From Macrostomum lignano (taxonomy: Eukaryota), in contig NIVC01000749.1 of NCBI GenBank assembly GCA_002269645.1, positions 62,001 through 126,000 of the forward strand: 64,000 nt of DNA, given 5' to 3'. Shown one piece after another: positions 36,390 through 48,073 of the stretch. Under the pieces are notes generated by a model, which ran no database searches, was not told the DNA's origin, and was given only the letters and a program-made list of their open reading frames with translations. The position numbers and the translations under genes are program-made. The stretch's first letter is position 1; each line of letters begins with the position of its first letter.

Positions 36390-38241
36390 GCACGCAAACG
36401 CAGGACGACAACTCGTTTCTAAATTGCCAATGGTTGTCATAGTAACCAGCGCAAGAAAACCCGCCCGGCCCGGCCGCACTAGCGGTCTCTAATCCGCCTT
36501 TGATCACTAGGTAGTCCGGCAGCCAATTGCTGAACGGCGAGCGCGCCATGGGCGGAATTGTTGGCGAGCTCAGACCAATGACTGCGTCACGTAGGCCGCG
36601 ACTGTCGATGGCAAGGAACACCAGGGCGACACCGTCGGGATCCTCCAGACCAGCCGGAGCCAGGCTGACAAACGCGGATCCGGGCGTCGCTGCAACTAAC
36701 GGAGCCAAAGCGCATTTCCAACGGCGCATTTGAAGCTTTTCGTCATCGATAAAATCTTGACCAGCCGAAGAATTCCAACCGCCGAGAAAGATGAAGTTTT
36801 TAATGCCGAGCGAGTTTAGCTCGCCGCGACGTTGCCAAGTTAATACGGGCGAGGGAGTGTCCGAGGTTAGCAGAAACTGATTGGCCAAGAATACGGCCAA
36901 GCTTTCCGGACAGATGGCCGGATCTGTGGAAGTAAAGAAAAGCATTGGTTTCAAACGATTCAGAATTATCAAATTAACATTATCACTATGTGAACATATA
37001 ACGCTAAGTAAGTGCTGCGTAAAATACAGCATTCACGCTGTGAAGTTTTGTTAATGTTGATAATAATAATAATAATAATAATTGATTTCACCTGCTCCAA
37101 TTAGGACAGATGTGCAACCGACAGCTCAGCCGCAGCTATTGCGCGGCGCATCTGAAGGCTGCGTACGGCTGTTCAGTCCAAGGACTGCGGGGTCGCCACA
37201 CACACCCTCAATTACCCTCAGTTACCCCAGCTAAAGCTGGCACCCATTTTACAGCTGGGTGAACTGAAGCAATGCATAATTAAGTGTCTTACTCAAGGAC
37301 ACAAATTGTTTCAGTGGGATCGGGAATCGAACCCCGACCTCCCAGTCGTGAGTCGGACGCTTTAACCACTATAGGCTACAACCCCTGTTAATGTTGAGAA
37401 TACACACTCAACACACACTAATCTTATGCTTAGACTAAACTTATCTATCTTAGCTCGCAGGAATATGGGCACAGTCCTAAAACTGATATATGATAATTAA
37501 ATGCTATGAGCGCAAAAACAGGGTTTGAGAGTGTGCTTAGGGAAAGAGGGGCAGACTGATAAACACATAAACAAGGCTGGAGAGAGAAAACGTAAAGTAT
37601 AGATAAGAACAGAAAAATGAGCCCTGGAAGCGGGGTTTAGCGACCAACATGCAGGGTGAGGAGATGAGAATTAAACACACGCACTGAGAGAGACAGCCAA
37701 TCAGAACGCAGATGGACGAACGGAGAGCAAGGAGCGCAAAAAACAGACAAACACACAGCGGAGACAGGAGCCTCAGTGCAAATGCACGTAATCACGACAG
37801 GAGGATTACTTTACAATACTTTACATTACGAGATTATTACACACAACTGCAAATTAATCTCAAGTAGTACGCACCAAATAGAATGGCAAAAGGCTGCTCC
37901 GCGACCCGGCGCATCGGTCCTAGTTGACTCTCAAGTCGCACTATTCTATCCCAGTTGTCACCTGACTGAATCTGTTGATCATCGGCATCAAATTTTCGAC
38001 ACTTCCAATCGCCATAACTACTAGAGAAATTTGACTGCCAATTTCTGAGGCACTTCACTGTCAAAAATTTTTTTGGAGTCTCTGTTGCCGAATCTGTCAG
38101 CAAATCAACGTCTTGACCGTCAACACTTTTAAACTGATCAATGGAGTAGGCATTTTGGGATTGCAAGTCAAAATTGGCTGTGAACTGCAGAACATTTTCA
38201 GTTGTAACCACTGCCATTGCATTGGTATCATCCGATTCAAC
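36385..38241 (-). CDS. C-terminal two exons, probably of the same alpha/beta-hydrolase family
   Basis: Exon 37875-38241 (cttcag|VESDDT...GPMRRVAEQPFAILF G|gtgcgt) splices in phase 1 to exon 36385-36923 (cacag|AT...PTIPPMARSPFSNWLPDYLVIKG...GPGGFSCAGYYDNHW...SSCVCVQ*). The family link is from recalled C-terminal motifs, not a search. Confidence 0.75.
37061..37385 (-). mobile_element. full-length tRNA-derived CORE-SINE with 12-bp TSD
   Basis: A box TAGCCTATAGTGG, B box GGTTCGATTCCC, CORE domain, (ATT)n tail; TGTTAATGTTGA at 37049-37060 and 37386-37397. Confidence 0.9.
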
Positions 38242-38769
38242 CTGAAGTTTAAACAGAAAAAAACAGAATCCGGTATCAATCATGGTTAGGTAAAGTGAGC
38301 TGCGTATGTCTATTCTTCATCTGATCTTTACTACAATACTGAAAGCTTGTCGTCTGATTATAGTAGGAACAGTCTAAATGGCTTAGCTTGATTAAAGAGA
38401 CGGTACGTGCTCGTAAATCGAACTGTTGCCATTTACTTCTCTTAGTCAAGTTTTACCGCCCCTTAAGTATATAACACAGATACCAGAATAGCCAGAATGC
38501 ACTCGCAAAATGCACTCATCTACTCGTTTTCAGTAGCAAAGTAAGCGTTTTATAGCGTCAGCTACAATCGCCTCTGGCTTTCCACAAGCAACCCCCCCCA
38601 TTAAATTAACATATTCATCCTGTTCTACCGACTCCAGACTAACTCAGACTCTAATTTGGGTCCATGAGAATTGCCTCTACGCGACGAACCAAAAAATGCG
38701 TCACACCCTTTGCCGACGGCTGGCTGGCACGATTTCGTGCCAAGTGCATGAGTGTCAGAAATTTCTACC

Positions 38770-38898
38770 NNNNNNNNNNNNNNNNNNNNNNNNNNNNNNN
38801 NNNNNNNNNNNNNNNNNNNNNNNNNNNNNNNNNNNNNNNNNNNNNNNNNNNNNNNNNNNNNNNNNNNNNNNNNNNNNNNNNNNNNNNNNNNNNNNNNN
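38770..38898. other. assembly gap (129 N) at the axis of the inverted duplication
   Basis: Run of N. Confidence 1.
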
Positions 38899-40571
38899 AC
38901 AGTGAAGTGCCTCAGAAATTGGCAGTCAAATTTCTCTAGTGGTTATGGCGATTGGAAGTGTCGAAAATTTGATGCTGATGATCAACAGATTCAGTCAGGT
39001 GACAACTGGGATAGAATAGTGCGACTTGAGAGTCAACTAGGACCGATGCGCCGGGTCGCGGAGCAGCCTTTTGCCATTCTATTCGGTGCGTACTACTTGA
39101 AATTATTTCGCAGTAGTGTGTAATAATCTCGTAATGTAAAGTATTATAAAGTAATCCTCCTGTCGTGATTACGTGCATTTGCACTGAGGCTCCTGTCTCC
39201 GCTGTGTGTTTGTCTGTTTTTTGCGTTCCCTTGCTCTCCGTTCGTCCATCTGCGTTCTGATTGGCTGTCTCTCTCAGTGCGTGTGTTTAATTCTCATCTC
39301 CTCACCCTGCATGTTGGTCGCTAAACCCCGCTTCCAGGGCTCATTTTTCTGTTCTTATCTATACTTTACGTTTTCTCTCTCCAGCCTTGTTTATGTGTTT
39401 ATCAGTCTGCCCCTCTTTCCCTAAGCACACTCTCAAACCCTGTTTTTGCGCTCATAGCATTTAATTATCATATATCAGTTTTAGGACTGTGCCCATATTC
39501 CTGCGAGCTAAGATAGATAAGTTTAGTCTAAGCATAAGATTAGTGTGTGTTGAGTGTGTATTCTCAACATTAACAGGGGTGTAGCTATAGTGGTTAAAGC
39601 GTCCGACTCACGACTGGAGGTCGGGGGTTCGATTCCCGATCCCACTGAAACAATTTGTGTCCTTGAGTAAGACACTTAATTATGCATTGCTTCAGTTCAC
39701 CCAGCTGTAAAATGGGTGCCAGCTTTAGCTGGGGTAACTGAGGGTAACTGAGGGTGTGTGTGGCGACCCGCAGTCCTTGGACTGAACAGCCGTACGCAGC
39801 CTTCAGATGCGCCGCGCAATAGCTGCGGCTGAGCTGTCGGTTGCACATCTGTCCTAATTGGAGCAGGTGAAATCAATTATTATTATTATTATTATTATCA
39901 ACATTAACAAAACTTCACAGCGTGAATGCTGTATTTTACGCAGCACTTACTTAGCGTTATATGTTCACATAGTGATAATGTTAATTTGATAATTCTGAAT
40001 CGTTTGAAACCAATGCTTTTCTTTACTTCACAGATCCGGCCATCTGTCCGGAAAGCTTGGCCGTATTCTTGGCCAATCAGTTTCTGCTAACCTCGGACAC
40101 TCCCTCGCCCGTATTAACTTGGCAACGTCGCGGCGAGCTAAACTCGCTCGGCATTAAAAACTTCATCTTTCTCGGCGGTTGGAATTCTTCGGCTGGTCAA
40201 GATTTTATCGATGACGAAAAGCTTCAAATGCGCCGTTGGAAATGCGCTTTGGCTCCGTTAGTTGCAGCGACGCCCGGATCCGCGTTTGTCAGCCTGGCTC
40301 CGGCTGGTCTGGAGGATCCCGACGGTGTCGCCCTGGTGTTCCTTGCCATCGACAGTCGCGGCCTACGTGACGCAGTCATTGGTCTGAGCTCGCCAACAAT
40401 TCCGCCCATGGCGCGCTCGCCGTTCAGCAATTGGCTGCCGGACTACCTAGTGATCAAAGGCGATTAGAGACCGCTAGTGCGGCCGGGCCGGGCGGGTTTT
40501 CTTGCGCTGGTTACTATGACAACCATTGGCAATTTAGAAACGAGTTGTCGTCCTGCGTTTGCGTGCAGTGA
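38899..40571 (+). CDS. mirror copy of the C-terminal exons; 1-bp frameshift near 40460 (possibly sequencing error)
   Basis: Exon <38899-39085 and exon 40034-40571; GGCGGATT in the left arm versus GGCGATT here gives a premature TAG. Confidence 0.65.
39576..39897 (+). mobile_element. full-length CORE-SINE, mirror copy
   Basis: Flanked by TCAACATTAACA on both sides. Confidence 0.9.
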
Positions 40572-41500
40572 CTGTTTATGATGCTGAGTGACTGTTGATG
40601 ATGCTGAGTGACTGTTGATGATGCTGAGTGACTGTTTTTTATGATGTTAAGAGTGACTGTTAATGATGATGTTGAGTGACTGTTGATGATGATGCTGAGT
40701 GACTGTTGTTGATGCTGAGTGACTGTTTATGATGATGTTGAGTGACTGTTGATGATGATGCTGAGTGACTGTTGATGATGCTGAGTGACTGTTGATGATG
40801 CTGAGTGACTGTTGATGATGTTGAGTGACTGTTTATGATGATGCTGAGTGACTGATGATGATGCTGAGTGACTGTTGATGATGCTGAGTTACTGTTTTTT
40901 ATGATGTTAAGAGTGACTGTTAATGATGATGTTGAGTGACTGTTGATGATGATGCTGAGTGACTGTTGTTGATGCTGAGTGACTGTTTATGATGATGTTG
41001 AGTGACTGTTGATGATGATGCTGAGTGACTGTTGATGATGCTGAGTGACTGTTGATGATGATGTTAAGAGTGACTGTTTATGATGATGTTGAGTGACTGT
41101 TGATGATGATGCTGAGTGACTGTTGATGATGCTGAGTGACTGTTGATGATGATGCTGAGTGACTGTTGATGATGATGCTGAGTGACTGTAGATGATGATG
41201 CTGAGTGACTGTTGATGATGCTGAGTGACTGTTGATGATGATGCTGAGTGACTGTTGATGATGCTGAGTGACTGTTGATGATGATGCTGAGTGACTGTTG
41301 ATGATGCTGAGTGACTGTTGATGATGCTGAGTGATCCTGTTTATGATGATGCTGAGTGACTGTTGATGATTCTGAGTGACTGTTGATGATGCTGAGTGAC
41401 TGTTGATGATGCTGAGTGACTGTTGATGATGCTGAGTGACTGTTTTTTATGATGTTAAGAGTGACTGTTTATGATGATGTTGAGTGACTGTTTATGATGT
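40567..41500 (-). repeat. 20/23-bp minisatellite, mirror copy
   Basis: Directly visible. Confidence 0.97.
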
Positions 41501-41987
41501 TTGCTTGTTTGCTTACTTTTCTTTAAGGAAGCTCTTTTTGCAAATCGTTTTATAAAGAAAGACAAGTTGTTGGTTAATTTCTTAGAAACTCTGGAAAAAT
41601 TTAGTAACATTAACTTGCCCCACGCACACAACGTTCATTTTTTGGTCACTAATGATAATTTTAGTATTGATTAAACTTGCAAATTGTTGAATAAAAATGT
41701 AATAAACAAAGGAATGGCTACCATTTCTGTTGAATTATTTCTTGAGTCCAATGGACTGGCTCACGTCTATTTTTTTAAAACTGATAAGGTATTTTACAGA
41801 GATATTACATTTTGCTAATAGTCATAAAATACGTTTTAAGACGCTGGTTGTAATAGATATGACAAGCTATTCATCTACAAAAACAGAAGTGTACGTCTCA
41901 TCCGTACTTAGAAGTAGTATATCAGCACAAGTCTCATTTTTAGGCTGTCATGCTATGCTCAAATTGAACTTTCACTCTCTCAAATCC

Positions 41988-42588
41988 CCAGATCCTCAGT
42001 TGCTGGGCCAGCCTCCCAGATCCTCAGTTGCTAGGCCAGCCTCCCAGATCCCAGTTGCTGGGCCAGCCTCCCAGATCCTCAGTTGCTGGGCCAGCCTCCC
42101 AGATCCTCAGTTGCTGGGCCAGCCTCCCAGATCCTCAGTTGCTGGGCCAGCCTCCCAGATCCTCAGTTGCTGGGCCAGCCTCGCAGTGTCAGTTGCTGGG
42201 CCAGCCTCCCAGATCCTCAGTTGCTGGGCCAGCCTCCCAGATCCTCAGTTGCTGGGCCAGCCTCCCAGATCCTCAGTTGCTGGACCAGCCTCCCAGATCC
42301 TCAGTTGCTGGGCCAGCCTCCCAGATCCTCAGTTGCTGGGCCAGCCTCCCAGATCCTCAGTTGCTGGACCAGCCTCCCAGATCCTCAGTTGCTGGGCCAG
42401 CCTCCCAGATCCTCAGTTGCTAGGCCAGCCTCCCAGATCCCAGTTGCTGGGCCACCATCTCCCAGAACTTCAGTTGCTGGGCCAGCCTCCCAGATCCTTA
42501 GTTGCTGGGCCAGCCTCGCAGTGTCAGTTGCTGGGCCAGCCTCCCAGATCCTCAGTTGCTGGGCCAGCCTCCCAGATTCTCAGTTGCT
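41988..42588 (-). repeat. 28-bp minisatellite, mirror copy
   Basis: Directly visible; about 21 units. Confidence 0.97.
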
Positions 42589-42655
42589 GAGAAAGCCCGT
42601 TCTTGTATCCAGTTTCTACTTGAATCTGCTTAATTTAATTGAGACACAAAATGAA

Positions 42656-45600
42656 ATGAATTTTTTCATGGAGAGCAATATCGGTCGTATAAGTTTCGAC
42701 AGATCAGTGCTGCTATGCCTGTCTCTATTGGTGAGTTGGTTCAAATATTGAATTGGGTGTGAGTTCTCTTACCTATGTAACATGTATCTACCTATCTCTA
42801 TTTCCAGCTGGTCCCAGCATCCAGCTCTACCCCATCATCCGGCCAGCTGACTGATTTGGCACAGCAACGCGGATGGCCGCCCTGCCAGAGGAAAGACCGC
42901 GCCGGTGCCGCTGAGCTTTCGCCGTTGGCTTTCGCAGCTGCCCGACTTTCCGACTGGGACATCCGGGTGAGTTCAGATTGATCCAGGGGGGCGTTTGTGG
43001 GCACTGGCTCAACCATGACAGACTCGCATGTTTTTGGGCGCAATTATTGTGTGATAACCTCAAGCACAGAGCGCAAGTCTTGTATGCCATGCATCAGTCT
43101 GTCAATTAGCTCGTTATTGGAAGCAGAGCAGCTCAGAGGTAAATACGTCTGACTTTTGCACCACAACTGCTGGTTCGATTCTGTGAGTGACCACATTCAT
43201 TTGGGGCTTGTGCAGGAAACTTGGCGTTGAGGGCCCGTGAGGGCCACCCCCAAGTCACAGAGTGTACATACCTGACGATTAGAAAGTCAGGACCGTTGGT
43301 GCACCCTGTGTGAGCGTGTGTATGAATTCGTGCCTGGCGATGGTTGTTGGACGATGTCGCTAAAGGCCTGAGATGCCCACCAGGCCACAGCCATCGTGCT
43401 TATATTTATTAAATTTCACGCATTGTTTTAGCCACACATTGTCTGCCTAATCAACGAAGTGACTCAAGCGACAGTCGCTGCCACTAAAGCTGCCTCATCG
43501 TCGACTAAGGTGCGTCGCAGCCGGCTGAATCGTCTGCGAAAACTTCGTCTGGCCCTGGCCGATTGTCTGCTGGAATTGGACGAGCGGGACTTAGCGGAAC
43601 TCATCTACAAAGAGGCTGCATCTACTGTCGAGTCAGGTGATGCTGCTCCATCGATTGAGGACTGGCATCGGCTCGGCTGGTTTCCCATCGGAACGGGGGA
43701 GCTGGACGCCGATCCGGTGCTGTCAGCTTTTGGCAGCCTGCCAAATGCCGTCGCCACGGTGATGCTTCGATCGGAGAATTTTGATCGTCGAAAACTTTTC
43801 ACGGAACTTTTCTATTCCTCTACGATGGAGTGGACGCCAGTTGATACCATCGACTCGAATGGAGTGATCCGACTGGCTCCTGAAGTTTCTTGGGGCGAAC
43901 TGGTCAACAGTCTGGGCTCTACGTCTGCCCTGGAGTTCCAGGGCTGGCTCATTGGCGGTGTGTACACGACCAAGGAGATTAACGACGCTGACGACCACGA
44001 AACTGATTTACAATGGAGTCTTGTGTGCGACGGACCGGCTGCTGTAACGGTTGATGACGTCGTCGATCTATCCGCCGATCGGTAGGTTCTCTCTCCATTA
44101 TTATTTTTTATCTACTATTAGTAGCATGAGTCAGGATTAGCATTATTTTTTAAATACTATTTTAGCTACATGCGCGGCCGAGCGGTCTCCTCGGTTGCCG
44201 GGCGGTTGCTAACCAATCGCCGAGGTGTTCACCTGTTAGCGGCACGAGTTCGCGGTAAACAGGCCGCCGCAGTGTCGTGCCGTTTCGTCTCTGCAGCGGC
44301 GACAGGATCAAAATTTCGAGCTTGGCCGCCGGATTTTCTGCCCGATTTGCTGCTACTAGAAGGACAAGACGCCGCGTTTTTAACGGGAGCATCGGCGCCA
44401 ATTTTCGTGCCAGTTGTCAGCCTGCGAACTACCGGAGCTCTCAGCTGTCGCCTTGATTGCAGCGGGGATAAGATTGATTGCCGGATGGGACCATCTAAGC
44501 TCATTCCATCTAAAGATCTCGCGCCTGGTCAGATGGGCTTTATAGCGGGTGACTTGCAACTGACAGGCGGCGGTACTGGTGGGAAAGATCGCCGAACCGC
44601 TTGCAAAGCCTCTGGCGACAGCCTACGGCTTAAGCTGCGGCTCAGCTGTAAAGATTCCGGACCGGCTCAAGAAATGCAGGTAGGTTGGGAGGTACAGGCA
44701 CGGCGTAAAAGTAGGAATTACCGATAGGAAGTAGCTACTGGTGGGAAGTACCAGTAGGAAGTAGCTACTGGTGGGAAGTACCGGTAGGAAGTAGTTACTG
44801 GTGGGAAGTACCGGTAGGAAGTAGCTACTGGTGGGAAGTACCGGTAGGAAGTTGCTACTGGTGGGAAGTACCGGTAGGAAGTTGCTAAATGGGCGGATGT
44901 GCAACCGAAATCTCAGCCGCAGCTATTGCGCGGCGCATCTGAAGGCTGCGTACGGCTATTCAGTGCATGCAGTAACTGGAGATCGCCACACACACCCTCA
45001 GTTACCCCAGCTAATTCTGGCACCCATTTTACAGCTGGGTGAACTGAAGCAATGCAGAGTTAAGTGTCTTGCTCGAGGATAAAAGTTGCTACGAGCGGGT
45101 CAAGAGTTCGACGCTCTAACCACGTACTAGGCTACAACCCCATTGTAGGTTTTTACATTTTGTAGTTGGTGCTTGTAAAAGTAGGAAATACTGCTACCAA
45201 GTACAAGTAAGAATACTGCTGGGAAGTACCGGAAGTAAAAAAACAGAAATATTCATCGCAATCTTTTCTCCATTTCCACGCAGGTGACCCTCCGCTGTCG
45301 CAGCCCAGACCAGAGCGTGCTGTTCACATTCGTTGATCACGACGGCTCGGTGCAGCGAGCTGCCGCGATTGCTCCGATAGAGTGGCAGGGCGGCACCGGT
45401 CGCAGTCAGAAATCGCAAGCGGTTCGATTGCCAATCGTAGTCAGCCTACACGGCACCAGTATTAAGCCTGAGGATCAAGCCGATAGTCACAAGTTTATAG
45501 AGGCTGGTGGAGACGCCAGCGCCGGTTATAGATTTGGAATTTCCGGCGCTTGGCTGTTGGCGCCAAGTCGTCACGGGGCGCACAACTGGGAGGGACCCGG

Positions 45601-45819
45601 CGCGTTGACCGCAATGCGAGCTGTAGAAGTTTTGGCTGAAGTTGCCACTGTCGAATTGCCAGCGGCCGACCCAGATCGACTGGTGTTCCTCGGACACTCC
45701 ATGGGCGGACACGGAGCTCTCGTGCTGGCAACGCACTGGCCAGGCCGGGCTATTGGGGTTGCTTCTCTGTCTGGCTGGCTGCGCAAAGAAGACTACGGCG
45801 ATAATAATGTGTACTTTAG
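42656..45819 (+). CDS. mirror copy: secreted alpha/beta-hydrolase, N-terminal five exons
   Basis: Exons 42656-42730, 42808-42966, 43432-44081, 44166-44679, 45284-45819 (about 644 codons), all open with matched phases. Confidence 0.88.
44886..45141 (-). mobile_element. CORE-SINE, mirror copy
   Basis: Reverse complement of 31740-31990. Confidence 0.8.
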
Positions 45820-48073
45820 GTAAGTTCCAGTGCCGCTTTCACGCGGGTTCACAGAACCTTAACCGGACAATGGACAACAGAAGCAGTAGGACGTTACACT
45901 TTCAAATTCAAGGAAGTTTTCAGTTTTTTCGCACTAAATTCCTAATACTCGTATATCACCTAAACTTCCGAATATCAAACGAGTTAATAACCATTTCCGA
46001 TGTTCTTAAAACTTTGAATTCGATAAGTACCGTTCTAGTTTAATGGGTCGCTTTCACAAGCTCGAAATTTCAGAAACAAGTTTTTCGGTACGTTAATTAC
46101 TGCAGAAAAAAACTCGCACTCAGAAAATGCAGTTAAAAAAGCAAAAAATAAAAAAAAACAAAAAAACTTTCTAGTACTACTGGTACTTTCAGAGATTGTG
46201 AAGTTTTGAGAACTTGTGAAATGCCCCCAGTTTAGTAGCAAGCTATGGAGCTATGGAGTAGCGAGCTAGCGAGCTTGTGTCATCATCATCATCATCACAC
46301 TAACTAAATTTCGATTTCACTTCTATTTCATACAACATGAAGAGGCTATATAAAAAAAACCGGCCCTGTGTTGCAGGCACGGCTTCTCAAGTTCGTGGTC
46401 ATTCAGAGCCACAGATTACTAAAATAGCTTAGATAGGCCAGCCACTCAAGCGTGTATACTTAGTAAAACAGCTTTCTACTCTCACTTCAGTAGCAAAGAA
46501 GAATACATAAGCTATTTTATAAAAATAAGGCAGCTGAAATGACTGATAATTTTAGATTTAGAAGCCCAAGCTTGCAGGCGTAAACAAATTGCTAATTGGT
46601 TCAGCAATAATGTACATTGGCCAGTCCACTGAAATGTACATGGTCGCTTTAGGCTGGAATTCCGAGAAAGGCAATAAAAATTGGGGTGGGGCGGGGGTAG
46701 TGTGGAAAGGCGCGGTTGGAGGTTTAAGTGGGGGTAAGAGTCAATAAGTGAGCCTTGGCTTTAAAAATACATTAAAATGCTTCTGTTTAACTTACTACTG
46801 AACTGAAAGTAGTTTACACGCAAATGTGCTAAGTGGCCCATCTAGTTATTCAGTGTCTGTGGTCAGAACTCAGGTGAATTGTGCTGTTGGCAGGTGCAGA
46901 GCTTGTGTCATCATCATCATCATCACACTAACTAAATTTCGATTTCACTTCTATTTCATACAACATGAAGAGGCTATATAAATAAAACCCTGTGTTGCAG
47001 GCACGACCTCTCAAGTTGGCAAGTGTCTCCTAAACTGAAGAGCATCCTTGAAGCAGCCAATGCGGAGAACTACGTTGACTCGCATTTAACTAATATAAAG
47101 GTGAGCATTAATTTTCTAGACGTCACTGCTAAATGTGTAAGTACAGTTTACTTTTTTTCAAGGCTTTTTATCTAGCATTTATTTATTCTCAAGCCAACAA
47201 AGCAATTTGTATATAGTTTCTATTTACATATGCGTCATTTTTTTAACAAAAATTCGCATCAATAAATGTGTTCTCTTTTCTGGGAAATACAAAACTCAAT
47301 GGAGCAGTCGACATTTTTGTTGTCGTTTGTTATTTCTTAAGTTCTCGAACGCATCCGAGTGGTTTTGGTAAAGAAATCGTACATTTAATGCACTAAAGTA
47401 CTTGAAGTAAACGGCTGCTTCAACGGATTTCGCTACATGTATTTTTGCTACTAGAAGAAAGATTTGATTTGAGCAATCGGGAAATTTACCTCTGATCTAC
47501 CCGAAGTTGTTAATATTTTCATACCAGTAGGCCTGTTGGCTTAGCTTTCGAGACAAAGGGTTAACTTTTATTATAAGAGCGTAGATGAGAAAATACCACT
47601 CTGATATGCTATAGAGCGGCTGAAGCGTTGAGGCACAAAGTTTGAATAAAAATGTGGCATCATTTTTAATAAGTTTAGCCGGCGCCGGTCTCTTGTGCCT
47701 TTTCAGCACAGCTAGGCCATGTGTCAGTAGCTACATAAATATTTACAGCCTAATTAACTTCGATTTTTATCCCATTCCTGCCCCATCGGAAATTATAGTT
47801 CCGCATGAATACTTGTGTAAAAATTGATAGGTCGAGCTGATGCATTATAATTTATGATTTACATGATTACAGATCCGTCTGGAGACAAAGAAAATATTTA
47901 CACTCAAAGGCGACAACCACAGTGGCTTCACAAGCTAAACGGCTCTGTGCGCTCTGAGGAAGTCTGTGCGTTCTGCCTTTGCATCTCCGCTTTGTAATTA
48001 TGGCAGGGGTCGAAATTCTTGCCCAGTGCTCAAGGGGTACATGTAACTTTGCGAATTTCTTTGACCGCTCTTC

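Noticed and set aside
42808-42966. Spliced-leader trans-splicing supplying the start AUG to a phase-0 acceptor (operon-like pair)
   Set aside because: A conventional upstream exon with ATG, signal-like sequence and a phase-0 GTGAGT donor exists at 42656-42730.
31062-45819. Bacterial contamination or prokaryotic operon suggested by the hydrolase motifs
   Set aside because: The coding segments are split by phase-consistent GT-AG introns containing animal SINEs.
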